DNA of 64,000 nt, taken from assembly GCA_965235115.1 (NCBI GenBank), contig OZ249436.1, positions 49,664,001 through 49,728,000 of the forward strand, in the 5' to 3' direction. The stretch comes from Laetmonice hystrix (Eukaryota). The notes under the pieces are model-generated. The model was not told the DNA's origin, did no database searches, and saw only the letters and a program-made list of their open reading frames with translations. The translations under genes were made by a program, and so were the position numbers. Below are positions 1-12,800 of this stretch, piece by piece; the first letter of the stretch is position 1, and each line of letters starts with the position of its first letter.

Positions 1-252
1 TGCAAACCGTTAACTGGTGGAGAACTCGGCTCAGTGGATGTCTTCGCGAACAGAGGTCAGAGAGGTTATGACAATGACAGACACCAGAGAGAAGCAGTCA
101 GGAAACCATTTCTTTTGACAGAATAAACAGGGTCCCATAAAAATAGTACATGATTTGCAAAAGAATATAGATAAGAAATAATGCAGACCCTTGGCAATAA
201 AAATTATAAATGCGCTTTGCCTTACTGAAAGGGGGAATGCATGCCATTTCTC

Positions 253-409
253 GGTTATTCCCCCATGGTAACTTCCAGACAAAATCTTTGGGTCGGGGTT
301 GGGGTTATAAGGTTAGGGATCTGGGAGGGACCGGGGTGAGGAGTTAGGGATAAGTTCTTTGCCTCTGACCAAATTTCGTGGGTTTTAAGTTACCATGGGG
401 GATGTAACC
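253..409. mobile_element. Short non-autonomous TIR element (MITE)
   Basis: Terminal inverted repeats GGTTATTCCCCCATGGTAACTT (253-274) and AAGTTACCATGGGGGATGTAACC (387-409); G-rich core with GTTAGGG motifs; no clear TSD. Confidence 0.65.
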
Positions 410-753
410 CTTTCTCTCCCCGTATCAATGGGCCCGATTATTCTCACACCATATCAATGCGCCCTTGTAATTCTCACGTCAATCGCCCACCCTCGACTCG
501 ACATGTACACGCCCTGTTGACGGCTCACGCCGGCCATTTTCACAATCCTCTCTCCTCACCTCGGCTGACAGCGCCGTCAGAAATCGAATGGTGCTTCCAA
601 TACCTACTACTTTGGAGCGGTGTTTTCACAAGAAGCAAACATTACCCGACTTAGAAGCATTTGAAAGGCGCTCCCTCTTTAGATGCCAGATGACATACTG
701 CATTTATACTTCCATGTTCTGTAGTGGATTTTTTTAAAGCTTAGACGTCTTCT

Positions 754-2130
754 ATTGGTTCGCCTCAAGAGTTGCGGGCTGGCTATTGGACTTCTTTGAC
801 AGCTTGACAGAACTAGATTATGAAAGAACTGACAGCGGCTGCTGTGCCGACGCGGATGTGGTTATGTGTTTAAGAAAAAAATGATAATCCATAAAGTCCA
901 CAGCGCCTTTTTAATTGAGGCCCTTGAACACCACGCGCTTCACTCACATCGGAGGAAATCGTGGCAATGAATTATCATTAACAAAGAAACATGACTTGAA
1001 TTGTGTCAGTAAAGCTTGTTAATTCCTTTTTAGCTTCCTTTTTTATTTGTGACTTGGTATGTGAAATGTGAAAGGTTGATGTTCTTTAGAGGGAAAAAGA
1101 TACGGGAAGCTCTGTATCGTATAAGATAATCATTCAACACATACTTAACTCATAGACTCTATTAGCTCATGAATAGCAAGCTATAGGCCTAAGTTGAATG
1201 AACCCGTTCAAAGTGTCATGTTTGTACTTTGCTATTTAGACCTATCTTGATATGACGTCGATGTCGAAGCCGACGTCTATTTTACCATTCTGCCCCATGT
1301 CGTGCTAATTAATGACATTCACCATTCAAGTCCCCCAGGATCGATTGAATCGTAAAGTTCTGGGTGTCCATGGGACCCTAGAGGTGGAGCATGGAATGGT
1401 TGTAAAGGGTTTGAGACATGCAGTCTCTTTGTCTTATCTGAAAGATTGTTTTCAGGAGATTAACTTGGTCCAATCGCCTCGGTAAAGATCAACATGTAAA
1501 CATTGGCTCCTTGCCATTTTGTGGCCATCCCAGCTCACCCTGTAGTGTCTCTCACTGCCGTAACTGGTGGGAACGGTGCAGCAGTTCTAGAGAAGAGGAC
1601 AGATGCGTATCATCTCCGACCTGTCTTGAGGACCAAATCCATTTATTCCTTCTCAATGTAGCTCCCTGATTGGCGGACGCGCTCCGGTCGTCGTAACGTG
1701 ATTGGTTGAAGTGAATCGCGCCAAGTTCCCGCGAGAACTGTCGCTCAACGTCAGCTCCAGTTAACGCAGACGACGATATTGAGTAGGAGAGTGTTTGGCG
1801 GGAAACACCTCCAAGGGACACATAAAGATCTGCTGGATTGAGTAACAAATCGTGACGTCAACGTCCTTTGCACGCGGTTGAAGTGCAATGTTTTAGGCCA
1901 AGGGCCAGAGGTCTTGCTTTCGTTAACTTCAGATTGAGGATTGATCAGCCAATGGACAGACGTGTTCCGTGAGGTCTGCTGTGTGAACTGTTAGGGTTGA
2001 TAGTCCTACCTACCGGAGGGGTTGGAACGTCTGTGACAGAGTGATCCAGTCCCCCCTACTCCCCCCACAGTCACCGCCCTCCGGGGAACGGGCGCCAATT
2101 GACCTTTCCACGGACTGTATAGTGACCAAT
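754..2130. promoter_or_regulatory. Cluster of paired CCAAT boxes plus a CRE (putative internal promoter/enhancer in the neuregulin intron)
   Basis: ATTGG at 754 and 785, ATTGG at 1669 and 1701, CCAAT at 2095 and 2126 (spacings 31, 32, 31 bp); single CCAAT at 1949; TGACGTCA at 1853-1860. Confidence 0.45.
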
Positions 2131-3542
2131 AGGTGACCACTCAACAGTCCCTACTGGTAATTACTTCTACAGGAAATGCAGCCGTTGTCGTCCGTCTAAT
2201 GTAGCAAAGTATACTTGAGAGGGGAGTTGATATTATAGCAGTGAAACTGCCATCATTTGCTAGACATAGGGAGCTACATATATTATTATATTGGGGTTCA
2301 GTTTTTTATCGCTTTTCCTGCCGACTTTCTCAAAGAAAACTAAACTTTGATACACAATGTCTATCGATCGTCTTTGAACGCCTTGTTCAGTTATTGAATT
2401 TACGGAAACTTGCACTCCGATTTGACAGTTTCAACCCTGATGGTTTATGATAGACATCGATTAGAAACACCTCTGTCAGATGGTTAGTGTTTCTGAAAAC
2501 AAAGGTTTCTATTTCCAGCCCTATAGCTTGCGCCTTGGACGCATCTGGTTCTGTTCACAAGTGTCAACAGACAGTTCCAGGTGACCAGGGAGTCGGCAGA
2601 GAGATTCGATCGATCGCAGCCGATTGTTAGACGGAGGCACCGGCATGGCTCTAGGTCTTTTAGTCCGACAGTCCAATCGTCCGACATCCCACTAGCCATC
2701 CTACCCTAAAACCATTGGGCTGTCGGACTCCACTCTGGCCAGGCTCAGCGAGTGGCGTCAACTATAGCATCAGTGTAGCCTATTGGTCGAATGTGTAAAC
2801 TAAAAAGGAGGAAATTGACCCTTAAGGTCATCATGAACCATTTGTCTCCTTTACGTCTCCCTTTTAAAAATTCGGAAGCCTTGCCAAAAGTGTAAAAGGG
2901 AATGTTTGATTGGGCTCGCCCCAGGGAAAAATGCAAAAACAAGTAAGGACCATTTATTACGAGGGTGAGATATTGGAGAAGTTGTTGGCGAATTGGTTTG
3001 TACATAACACGCAACAACGCCATCTATAGTTGGCGGCGGCCTGTGAGCCGTGATGATCAATCACCTTGACAACTAACGTGAAGGATACGGCGCGTCCGTA
3101 ACCATGTCTGTGTCTGCCCAATCAGACACAAAAATTGGAAGGCCACACTGTAAGGCTGCTGCTGTGTGTGGAACATTTCAAAACAACAAAGCGAAGGTGT
3201 CTTTTTACTATTGTTATTGTTAAGTCACTTCTGTGTGATCGATGCTCAAGGGAATTCTGTTAAAAAAGGATAATTATGGTGACAGTACAGATTACATTTT
3301 TAGATGTACCGAAAGACAAGAACAGCAGACCTTTGTTTAATCGGTATAGATTAACGATTAAGTGCTGTATTTTGTTTTCTCACACCATAATTGTAATGTT
3401 TATAGGGTCAATATGTATGCTGCATGGGTTCGTTCGCTACCGGTGGACTGGCCGTCTGGTCACGTAGATCTGCAGGGAACGGTTTTAGTTCGAGGGACAG
3501 AATGTACCATGTCGGGAGGTGTCTGGTAAACAACTCGTGTGC

Positions 3543-4337
3543 GTGTTTGACTGGCAAATCCCGTATCAGCTCTTAGTGTGGGTGTTTGTCTGGCAAACCC
3601 CATATCGTGTTGGCTCCTAGTGTTGGTTTTAACTGGCAAACCCCATATCGTATTGGCTCCTAGTGTGGGTGTTTGACTGGCAAATCCCATATCGTATTGG
3701 CTCCTAGTGTTGGTGTTAACTGGCAACCCCCATATCGTATTGGCTCCTAGTGTGGGTGTTTGACTGGCAACCCCCATATCGTATTGGCTCCTAGTGTGGG
3801 TGTTTGACTGGCAACCCCCATATCGTATTGGCTCCTAGTGTTGGTGTTTGACTGGCAACCCCCATATCGTATTGGCTCCTAGTGTGGGTGTTTGTCTGGC
3901 AAACCCCATATCGTGTTGGCTCCTAGTGTGGGTGTTTGATTGGCAAACCCCATATCGTATCGGCTCCTAGTGTGGGTGTTTGTCTGGCAAACCCCATATC
4001 GTGTTGGCTCCTAGTGTGGGTGTTTGATTGGCAACCCCCATATCGTATTGGCTCCTAGTGTGGGTGTTTGACTGGCAACCCCCATATCGTATTGGCTCCT
4101 AGTGTTGGTTTTAACTGGCAAACCCCATATCGTATCGGCTCCTAGTGTGGGTGTTTGACTGGCAACCCCCATATCGTATTGGCTCCTAGTGTTGGTGTTA
4201 ACTGGCAACCCCCATATCGTATTGGCTCCTAGTGTGGGTGTTTGATTGGCAACCCCCATATCGTATTGGCTCCTAGTGTGGGTGTTTGACTGGCAACCCC
4301 CATATCGTATTGGCTCCTAGTGTGGGTGTTTGACTGG
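3543..4337. repeat. 44-bp minisatellite, about 18 copies
   Basis: Unit TGGCAACCCCCATATCGTATTGGCTCCTAGTGTGGGTGTTTGAC, e.g. starts at 3721 and 3765. Confidence 0.95.
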
Positions 4338-6115
4338 CCCTCTGTTGGCATTAAAAGACCTTGTCTGTCAACAATCCTTATTTGGGGGAATAATGAATTC
4401 AATGTGACCGAAACGTTACAGAAGGCGAAGAATAAGGCCGAATCCAGATGAAAATCGCACTGTTCTACGCATTTTGGGGAAGTATAATAATTCCGGTTAG
4501 CTCAGGATAACGTTTGGGGGAATCCCAAGGGATTGTGTGCAGGAAGTCGGCCACCGTGAAACGGCTAGGATACCCCAACTCTAATAGGTATGGATAAGGA
4601 CAGGGCTGAGTTGGGCCTGGGATTTGGTGCCGGAGGTCGGGCAGTAGAAATCCGAGTAATCCGTACGGAGCCGACGTGCAAGAACCGTGCTGGAGATTGA
4701 TGGCTCGGCCTGCTGGCCCACACTACCAATTGCATTGCCGGATACTAAAGCAGATGTCTCTTTGGAAAGGTCTTTACCAACGCTATACCCACGTACCTGT
4801 ATAGCTTTGACGAGCAGTAGTGCGACCATTTATTGAACTTATTTCTTGCCAGGGCCGTACCAAGTTAGGGTGCAAGGGGGCAGTTGGTCCCTAGATGATC
4901 CTGGACAAGCCCCATATCAAACTGCCCCCAGGAAATTTTTGGCAATGTACGATCCAGGGATCCAGCGTTCAACCCTTTACCCCATCCTCGGTTCGCCCGA
5001 GGGGTCATGATCGTTCGCTCTGTCATGTTGGGAATTTACATGCCACTACGCTATCTCTGACGCGCTTGTAGGCATGTTACATGTGTACCTTCTGAATGAT
5101 GTATGTGTATAAATGTATAGGGCTTTTATAAGACCCAAGTGCTCTCGTATATTCCATCAAAAGAAGTTGATTTTATAAGTGTTTTTAAGTGTACAACCCT
5201 GGTACTCTTATTGCCTGAGATATCCTCGAAGTGCGTTCCTGAGTTATGGTATGACAGCCCGAGGATTACCATCCATTCACGGCGCGTGACGAACCTGTGT
5301 GCCAGCACCTTCCGATATCCCCAGGGAGTCTTGGGAACATGATATACTTTTTAATGCATTCGCGCAGAGCTCTGCAGATGGATTGGTTGTCTAAAAGCTG
5401 AAAGGTCATAGCTGGTCGGCCACCAAGTCCGAATCTTTGGATTGAGTGTCGGATACGTGGTGCCCAGAGGGTGAGACCTAAGCGAGCCGCCACTCCCGCT
5501 CCTCTCTACAAGTGATACTAGATGTGTTCCAGAGGTTAACACGAACCTACCTGGGAAATGAACTAGGAGAATCAGTCACCTTAGACTTTATTTTATTGTT
5601 GGTTTGTTTGTTTATTTGTTTGTTAAGACATCATTGCAGGAGGAATGGCAGACGCTCCTGGCGTCTGTGTAGATACATAACATCTCGAATGAAGACATAT
5701 CACCTGTCAATGTCCGTGGCTGTGTGCAGTCTGATGCTGGCCCCAGAGCTCGACGAATCGTCGTCCCCTGATACGCTGACGGCTAGATTTATATTAATAA
5801 TGATAACAATTACGGACCTAGGGAGTTGCTGATGCCAATGACGCTGTAGGGTATGCTGCAGTGATCTGGTCTCCATGGGTTTCTCCATCCTTCATTTCTC
5901 ATCCAGGAATGATGGAATCAAAATGTCGGGCCCACAGTCAGCCCCCCCCCACCCCCACCCCAACCGCCAGCCGTTGTGTCGTGCCCCGTCCCCTGCTCTC
6001 CCGTTCCCACCAAGAATGTCTCCGTGTGCTGCAGGCAGCTGGTCCTGCAGTTTTATGTGGTTTCTAGCAACTGTTACTTCAGTTTGATGCAGTTTCTGGC
6101 AGCTGACCCTACCGT

Positions 6116-6360
6116 TTGCTGGCAGCTGGCCCTGGCGTTTGATGTGGTTCCAGTAAACTAGCAGCTGGCCCTGCCGTTCGATGTTGTTCCGCTAGCAGCT
6201 GGCCTTGTCGTTTGATGTTGTTCCGCTAGCAGCTGGCCTTGTCGTTTGATGTTGTTCCGCTAGCAGCTGGCCTTGTCGTTTGATGTGGTTCCAGTAAACT
6301 AGCAGCTGGCCCTGCCGTTCGATGTTGTTCCGCTAGCAGCTGGCCTTGTCGTTTGATGTG
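6116..6360. repeat. 34-38 bp minisatellite, about 7 copies
   Basis: Unit GCTAGCAGCTGGCCTTGTCGTTTGATGTTGTTCC at 6191, 6225 and neighbours. Confidence 0.9.
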
Positions 6361-6989
6361 GGTCCTGGATGTTAGAAGCCGGTAATGTTTGAGGCAGTTC
6401 CTTGCCGTTATTCATGTGGTTCGGTGCGATCCTTGACGGCTGGGCACACAGTTCGTTGTCATCCCTTGCTGCCAGCTCTATGGCCTTCTGTTTGGTGTTG
6501 GTCTTTTCTGCTGGCAGCTGGTTATGGGCTGACAGTCGAGAGGGATATCCATCGTGAGTCTATGATCAATATGGCAACATTGGCGACCAGAGGCTTGGGA
6601 TTGTACCGGGGGAGGGCGTTGGGAGGGGGGGGGGATTGTATACTGACTGCCCACAGAACCGTTTGTGTGTGGTGTGATGTAGATTGGTTTGGGCCGAGCT
6701 CAGAGCTCGTCTACGGTGATGGATCACTGAAGTCGATTCGTGATTGTACTCTCTGCCATGCGCAGATGGGCCGAGTTGACCACCAGGGAGTCCTCACGAC
6801 GATTGTCAAGAACACTTCACAAGAGTCCCGACCGTGGGGGCCATTCACCTTGGTTTTCACGCAGCCTAAGATAAACACGTCTTGTATTTGTACTGAAGAC
6901 AGATAATGTCTGATTGCACCGGACAGGGCCCCAGTCGTATCCCTGGCAGCAGTACAGCATCGGCCGCCGACTGGTCGGCGTCATCGTCA

Positions 6990-7222
6990 TCTCTCTCCCT
7001 CTCTCTCTCTATCTATTTTTCTATCTCCTCTCATCTGTCTCTCTCTTCTCTCTCCCCCGTCTCTCTCCTCTCTGTCTGTCTGTCTCTCTCTCCCTCTCTC
7101 AATCCCTCTCTCTCCCTACTCTCCATCCCTCTCTCCATTCCTCTCTCTCCTCTATCTCTCTCCCTGTCTCTCCCTCCCCTCTCTCTTCTCTCTCTCTCTA
7201 TCTCTCTCTCCTCTCTCTCTCC
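6990..7222. repeat. Degenerate (CT)n polypyrimidine tract
   Basis: About 230 nt of almost pure C/T. Confidence 0.95.
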
Positions 7223-9724
7223 AATGGTGGCGGCTCATGTTGTCAGTCGAGACACACTAACGAAGATGCGATGTAGATAGATTCACAGCCTATTTCAGCA
7301 GCTTGATGTTGTTGACGGGTGCAGCTTTGCTGAAATCTCCTGGTCAGGTCTACTCAATCTGGCAAAGCTTGATAGAAGTTAACCCATATAAACTTGTCCA
7401 GAATCCCTCTATGCATACATTATCTACCCCAGTTCTGTATGTCCTCATACTGTCATCACTACAGTCAGACCGGGTGACATACAATTCCCTGATATGAGGA
7501 TGCTATCGGTCCAGATACACTCGACCTTGTAACGATTAGATTTTGGTTGTCCTACTCAGCTCAGCCAATAGTATCATGAAACCGATTATAATCGCTTAGA
7601 TAATTTGAATGGATTAATGTTATACCACTCTAGCCTTTCACAGATACGACTTAGACGTAGGCCTATAGAAGCTGGTAATGTAGATGGGGCCGTAGAAAGA
7701 GGTGGGATCCAGTCTTTTTTAATTGAGAGCGAATATTGGGGGAGGCATGATGAAAACATACATCCCTGCCGGACCACATTTCCTATCATGTTTTTATCCC
7801 GAGTACATAGGCCGACATACGTGGACAGAAAGATGGAAAATAAGTATTTCAAAAATGGTTCAACCAATAAAAGATATTCCGACAGCGGTATCTGCCAACT
7901 CGGGTAGTTGGTGGCGCTATCCTTTTACCAGAGATGAGCCAATGGCACCATCGACCCGCCTACCACCAGCACCACCGACACCCAGCCCCACCCAACCCAA
8001 CCCCCTCCTATCCAGCCCACTTCAGCTGTTAACATGGGCCAGGCCAGGCTCCCTCCCCAACTACCCCAGTAAGTGGTTGTTACCAAGTCTCCGACGGCCA
8101 ACCCCAATTATCCAGCCACCACCTGCAGCTATACCCCTTAATGCTTTCTCACCTGGGTCCTTACACAGGTAAAAACATCCAAAGGCCATATAACACGATC
8201 ATTGAATTCAGTCGTGATTGATCAGTAAACTAGAACATCTAAAGTTCTCTACTCTTTGGTTGCAGTGGTTATTTGGATGATCTTGAATAGTGGTTACCTT
8301 CCAAAATATAATATCATAATGCTGGTTTAAAATGATACTATCTATCCACAAGAGCCACTGCATTGACACCTTGTTCGTCTTTATAAATGGTGGGTCTTCA
8401 CTGAAGAGATTCTTCATGCTGCATACTGATGTAAAACATGGCAGTTTTCAAACATTAGCGTCACGTGCTAGTGTTAGGGTAGTCCATTCACGCACAACAC
8501 CCATGGACTGTGTGAAACAGCGGCCGTGAGGCCAAGGTTTGATGTGCCTGTAATGAGGACGGTATCAGCAGTAGAGAAAGCTCACTGATCATGTAATGAG
8601 GACGATAGCACCAGTAGACAAACCTGACTGATTCCGAGTACCATGATATATCCCCACTGTATCAATCACGGCAAATGGCGCATATAATCCCGGCATTAGT
8701 GGTATCCAGACAGGAGAAGATAAGGAAATGATGTATTCTTCTGCAGCACCATCCCTTTCACATACACACGTGCGCAAGAAAACGTGTTGAGGCCAACAGC
8801 GACGCTGGCCAGTGTGTTTTGAGATTAGCATTGTGTTGGGACACTTGGAAGGGTGTCAGGTTTTTCACCTGGGTGATAGCCTCTGTCTCGTGCGCTAAGG
8901 CCATCAATTACCCCTCATTGAGCATGTGAGAAAATTGGCAATCTCCTTTCATGGGCTGCATCAAAGGATGCGGGGAGTGAGACTGGTTGCCAGGCAATGA
9001 AGCCTGAAGGTCAATATGGCCGCATAAAAGAAAGGATATCCCAGTAAGGGTTTCGTCACTGCGAAAATCGCTACTGACTCTTGTGTTTATTGATTTTGAC
9101 AAACAGGTCAGTCAGTTGTTCCAGATAGAGGTTTCTTTGATGGAACAGGCAGGGGATATCCAGTGGGAAATCTGTCTATGTAAGACATGATGATGCAGTC
9201 TGTGAGATAAGCAGTTGTCTCCTGTATCAGAACGTACAGAAACATGAGATGAGTGTTTACAAGGTCCATTGGACTGGTGTTTTAATCATATGTCTTATAT
9301 TCTTTCATTGAATACGGATAAATAAAACCGGTGCCCTCAGCCTGCAGTTCATCGCGGCACGCCTGACCTCCGAGCATTAGCAAGCCACTGTCGAGCAATG
9401 CATTGACTTCCCTGAAGTCGAAGCCTGTGTACTGGCAGGCGGTGTTGGTGGGCCCTCGGATAGATCGCCCTCTATGGGCAACTGCGAGAGATGGACTGGC
9501 TCTCAACTGACCAACGTAGCAGAATTGGCTGTCGCCAGTGTGGTCTCGCTCGAAGGATTTACTGGCGAGTGGTTGCTGACCAAGGGACATTTTCCTGGCG
9601 GCGGTCGACAATAGATGTCCCCGCTGCAGTAATTAAGATTGGCTGTCTGTAATATTTCACATCGGTTCGCCGTCTGACTGACTAACAATCTGCCCAAGGT
9701 CATATCAAGATTGCCAATTTCACC

Positions 9725-9870
9725 GATGAAGGAAACCGGAGTACCCGGAAAAATTTAAGACATGCAGCAAGTAACTAGCAGATTTTCTCTCATTGGGCTC
9801 AAAATGGGTTCGAACCTAAGGTTAGCGGCATAGTCTACGAAGCTGATGAGACCCACTGAGAGACATGGGG
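9725..9870 (-). mobile_element. tRNA-derived SINE fragment (V/Meta-type core motif)
   Basis: Minus strand carries B-box-like AGGTTCGAACCC (9806-9817) followed by TTTTTCCGGGTACTCCGGTTTCCTTC, a motif I recognise from V- and Meta-domain SINEs. Confidence 0.55.
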
Positions 9871-12800
9871 GATTCCCAGGTTTCATGTACCTTCAATGAC
9901 CACAAACAAGTTTCTATTGTAGGTCGTTGTGTGGTTGTCATCATATTCACAACACAATGAACAGCCAGAAGTACGAGGTTGTCTGCAGTCGCTGCAAATA
10001 ACAGACCAGGCATGACCAGATGTAATCTCAGGTGTTTCTAAATCAGTTTCCTCACAATGTTCATCTTTATTGGTGATCATCCATCATTGATGAGGTTTCA
10101 ATAACTTAGATTTTACTCCAGCCAGAAACTGTTCAAAACACGAGACGAGATAATAATGAACAATAAAAGGTTATTAATCTTAGCCATTCGATTGGCACAC
10201 TCATGTCATCCGTGTCAGTGAGAATCCGTAGTTCTATTTGTTGGTTTGTTAAATTCCCTTTTCTTTCGAATAATCTGTCAGATTATTTGTTTTAAATAAT
10301 GTCGCACAGTGCAGTGTTCAAATCATCAGCATCCAGGAAAAAGGGAGATTGAGAGGTATTATAACCAAAGCCGAGTACAAAGGGGATATCTCACTCAGAT
10401 TTCTCCCAGCATTCATGAAATCAAACTCTTTTCAACTAAAGTCTTAAATATCTAGTGGCTGCAGACGCCGTAATCCAAGGGAATGGGAGCAATGATAACA
10501 CACTGTCATTATAAAGTCATTCCGGAGAGTGTTGAGTGAGAAACATGCCGAGTTCTCGCACCGTATTACAGGGAATCGCAGAAACACCTACGAGATGTAA
10601 TAATGTTTTTATTACGCTGCGCTTCACAACACTTGTATGGAGGATTAGAGCTCTGTTACAGGTCAGGAGGATAATCCGAGATAACCTTGACCTCTGTGAT
10701 GACCTTCTCATTCATCCATCCTCGCCACGTTTAGCCTTTTCAGAGGGAGCGACGTCGCTTCAATCTGCGTTTTTTATAGACTACAAAATGCATGAGAATT
10801 AACATCAATTATTATTTTTTATAAATGCTTAAGAACACTGGATTAAAACGCCAATATTTTAAAGAGAGCACTTTTGGGGAACGCAACGCCACTTCCGAGG
10901 ATGGTGAAGATAAATACATGTGACGCAGTAACTTTCTTTGATGTTTCATAATTTGTTAGTCAGTAAGTACTATCGTCTGCAAAACATATTTTACGCAGTA
11001 TAATCTATCTCTAGTGTTATGACGAAGTGGTAAGTATATCCTTATATTTGATGCGAGTGGTTTGGCGCGCGTGTGGAGCTTGGCGTTAGGACGGAGGTGA
11101 ACAGAAGTGGAGGCGGTAGGACGTTATAAGGTTCCCTGTACCTGATGACATTGACCGTGTCTTGATTCGCCTAATGGATGACTGACGGGGTGCACTGTGG
11201 CACTGCCCCATCTGCTCTCTTTCATCAGTTGTTCCGAATATTAGGATTACTATGGACCCCTAAGTGCGCCAACACCGCTCAAGGGTTTGTTTGATGAGAA
11301 AATAGGGATATAATCTGGACTTTATGGTGGACGGTGAGAGATATCAAGAGGGTTGAACAGGGATATTATCATCGGTCGCGAGAGGCAGATAGCCAGACAG
11401 GGACATAGAGAGAAGGGCAGGGCGAAAAGAACGGAGAGAGAAGCCACAACTGAAACAGCTTTTGATTATTTTGCTTAAAAAACTGGATTACGGTGCTAAC
11501 TTTATACATTGTATTTGACCAGACGTATTGATTCTCAGTCTCTGGTGAGAGCATTGGTCAGTCGGGAACTCAACACGTATCGAATAGACGACACGTATCA
11601 CTCCACACCACTCGGAGATGTTACGAGGACGTCCAATACATACCAGACATCACACCGCCACCTGGTGCCAACCGGTAGAACCCTCCTAAACAGTACCAGT
11701 AAATGCCTCTTTTCTAGCCTTTTAGGCCAATAATCCTGTGATATTTCAGGGGTAGTGCTTTGTCCCTTCAATTATTGTTCCATTCGCCTCATACTAAGTC
11801 CAAAATGTTATGAATTACTTGTAGTTTATAATCAGCAAAAGACAGATAACCCTGTCCCTTTCTTATGTTGTCCATGAATGTAGAATATCATGGTCAGTAA
11901 GAGAGAAGAAAGCACGTCTTCGCATTTCGTGGATCAGGCCCGCAGACATGGAGTCGTATGGAACGACAGGTCATTCAAGGTCAAAAAGGCATTTATCGTC
12001 TGATTAAAGAATAATGGATGTTGATGATTATTCAATTTTCTCTGTTTAAAGAATCCTATCAAAACGCTCAAATGACTGAAACGTGGACCTTTTCAAACAG
12101 AAAAAGGCAGAAAGGATTCACTGGCTATGAACTCCTGGCTATGAACCTGGAGGTAACAGTGGTCATATTCTCTTTCCGATCCCACACGAGGAAGTTGAAA
12201 TGTTAACAAAGACTGAAGCTAGATTTGGGCTATCAAATATACGGTATATGTCGGGAAAAACTTCATAGAAGGTGAACGATGAGCTTAAGACAGAAGGCCT
12301 ATCTGTAAATTTATCACACAATCGCCGTTTGAGTCTATAATTCTGTCCAGCAGTCCAGACAAAGAAACATCTAGCTTTCTCGCCATCTTTCCACACTGGC
12401 TTTTTGTGCCAGACTTTGTTGATTTGACAAGCTGCATATTTTCTTTTCTACACTTGCTCCTTATAAACTAGATTGAGCCCTGCCTGGTTCCCACGCCTGA
12501 CAGAAGATCTGTGACCCTGAGCAGATAGGGGATGGGATCTTGTGAGACCACTATACATATTGACAAACATACAACATCATGGTCCTATCTCCATCGTCAT
12601 AGTGTTCCACCGGACTGCAGGCAACCGGCAAGGCAGTTCCATTGGTACATACGATCACTAAAACCTGAGCCGCTTGGTGCAGCACATATTGCTAGTCGGT
12701 AGCTGTACGGAAGTGGCGATGGTGTAGCCACAGGCAGAGGACGGCTTGTAGAGGATGAACAGGGATGACGAATAGGAGGCAGTAATTGGCTGGAAGGGCC

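Noticed and set aside
6906..7280. Ser/Leu-rich ORFs resembling membrane proteins
   Set aside because: Translation of a (CT)n tract.
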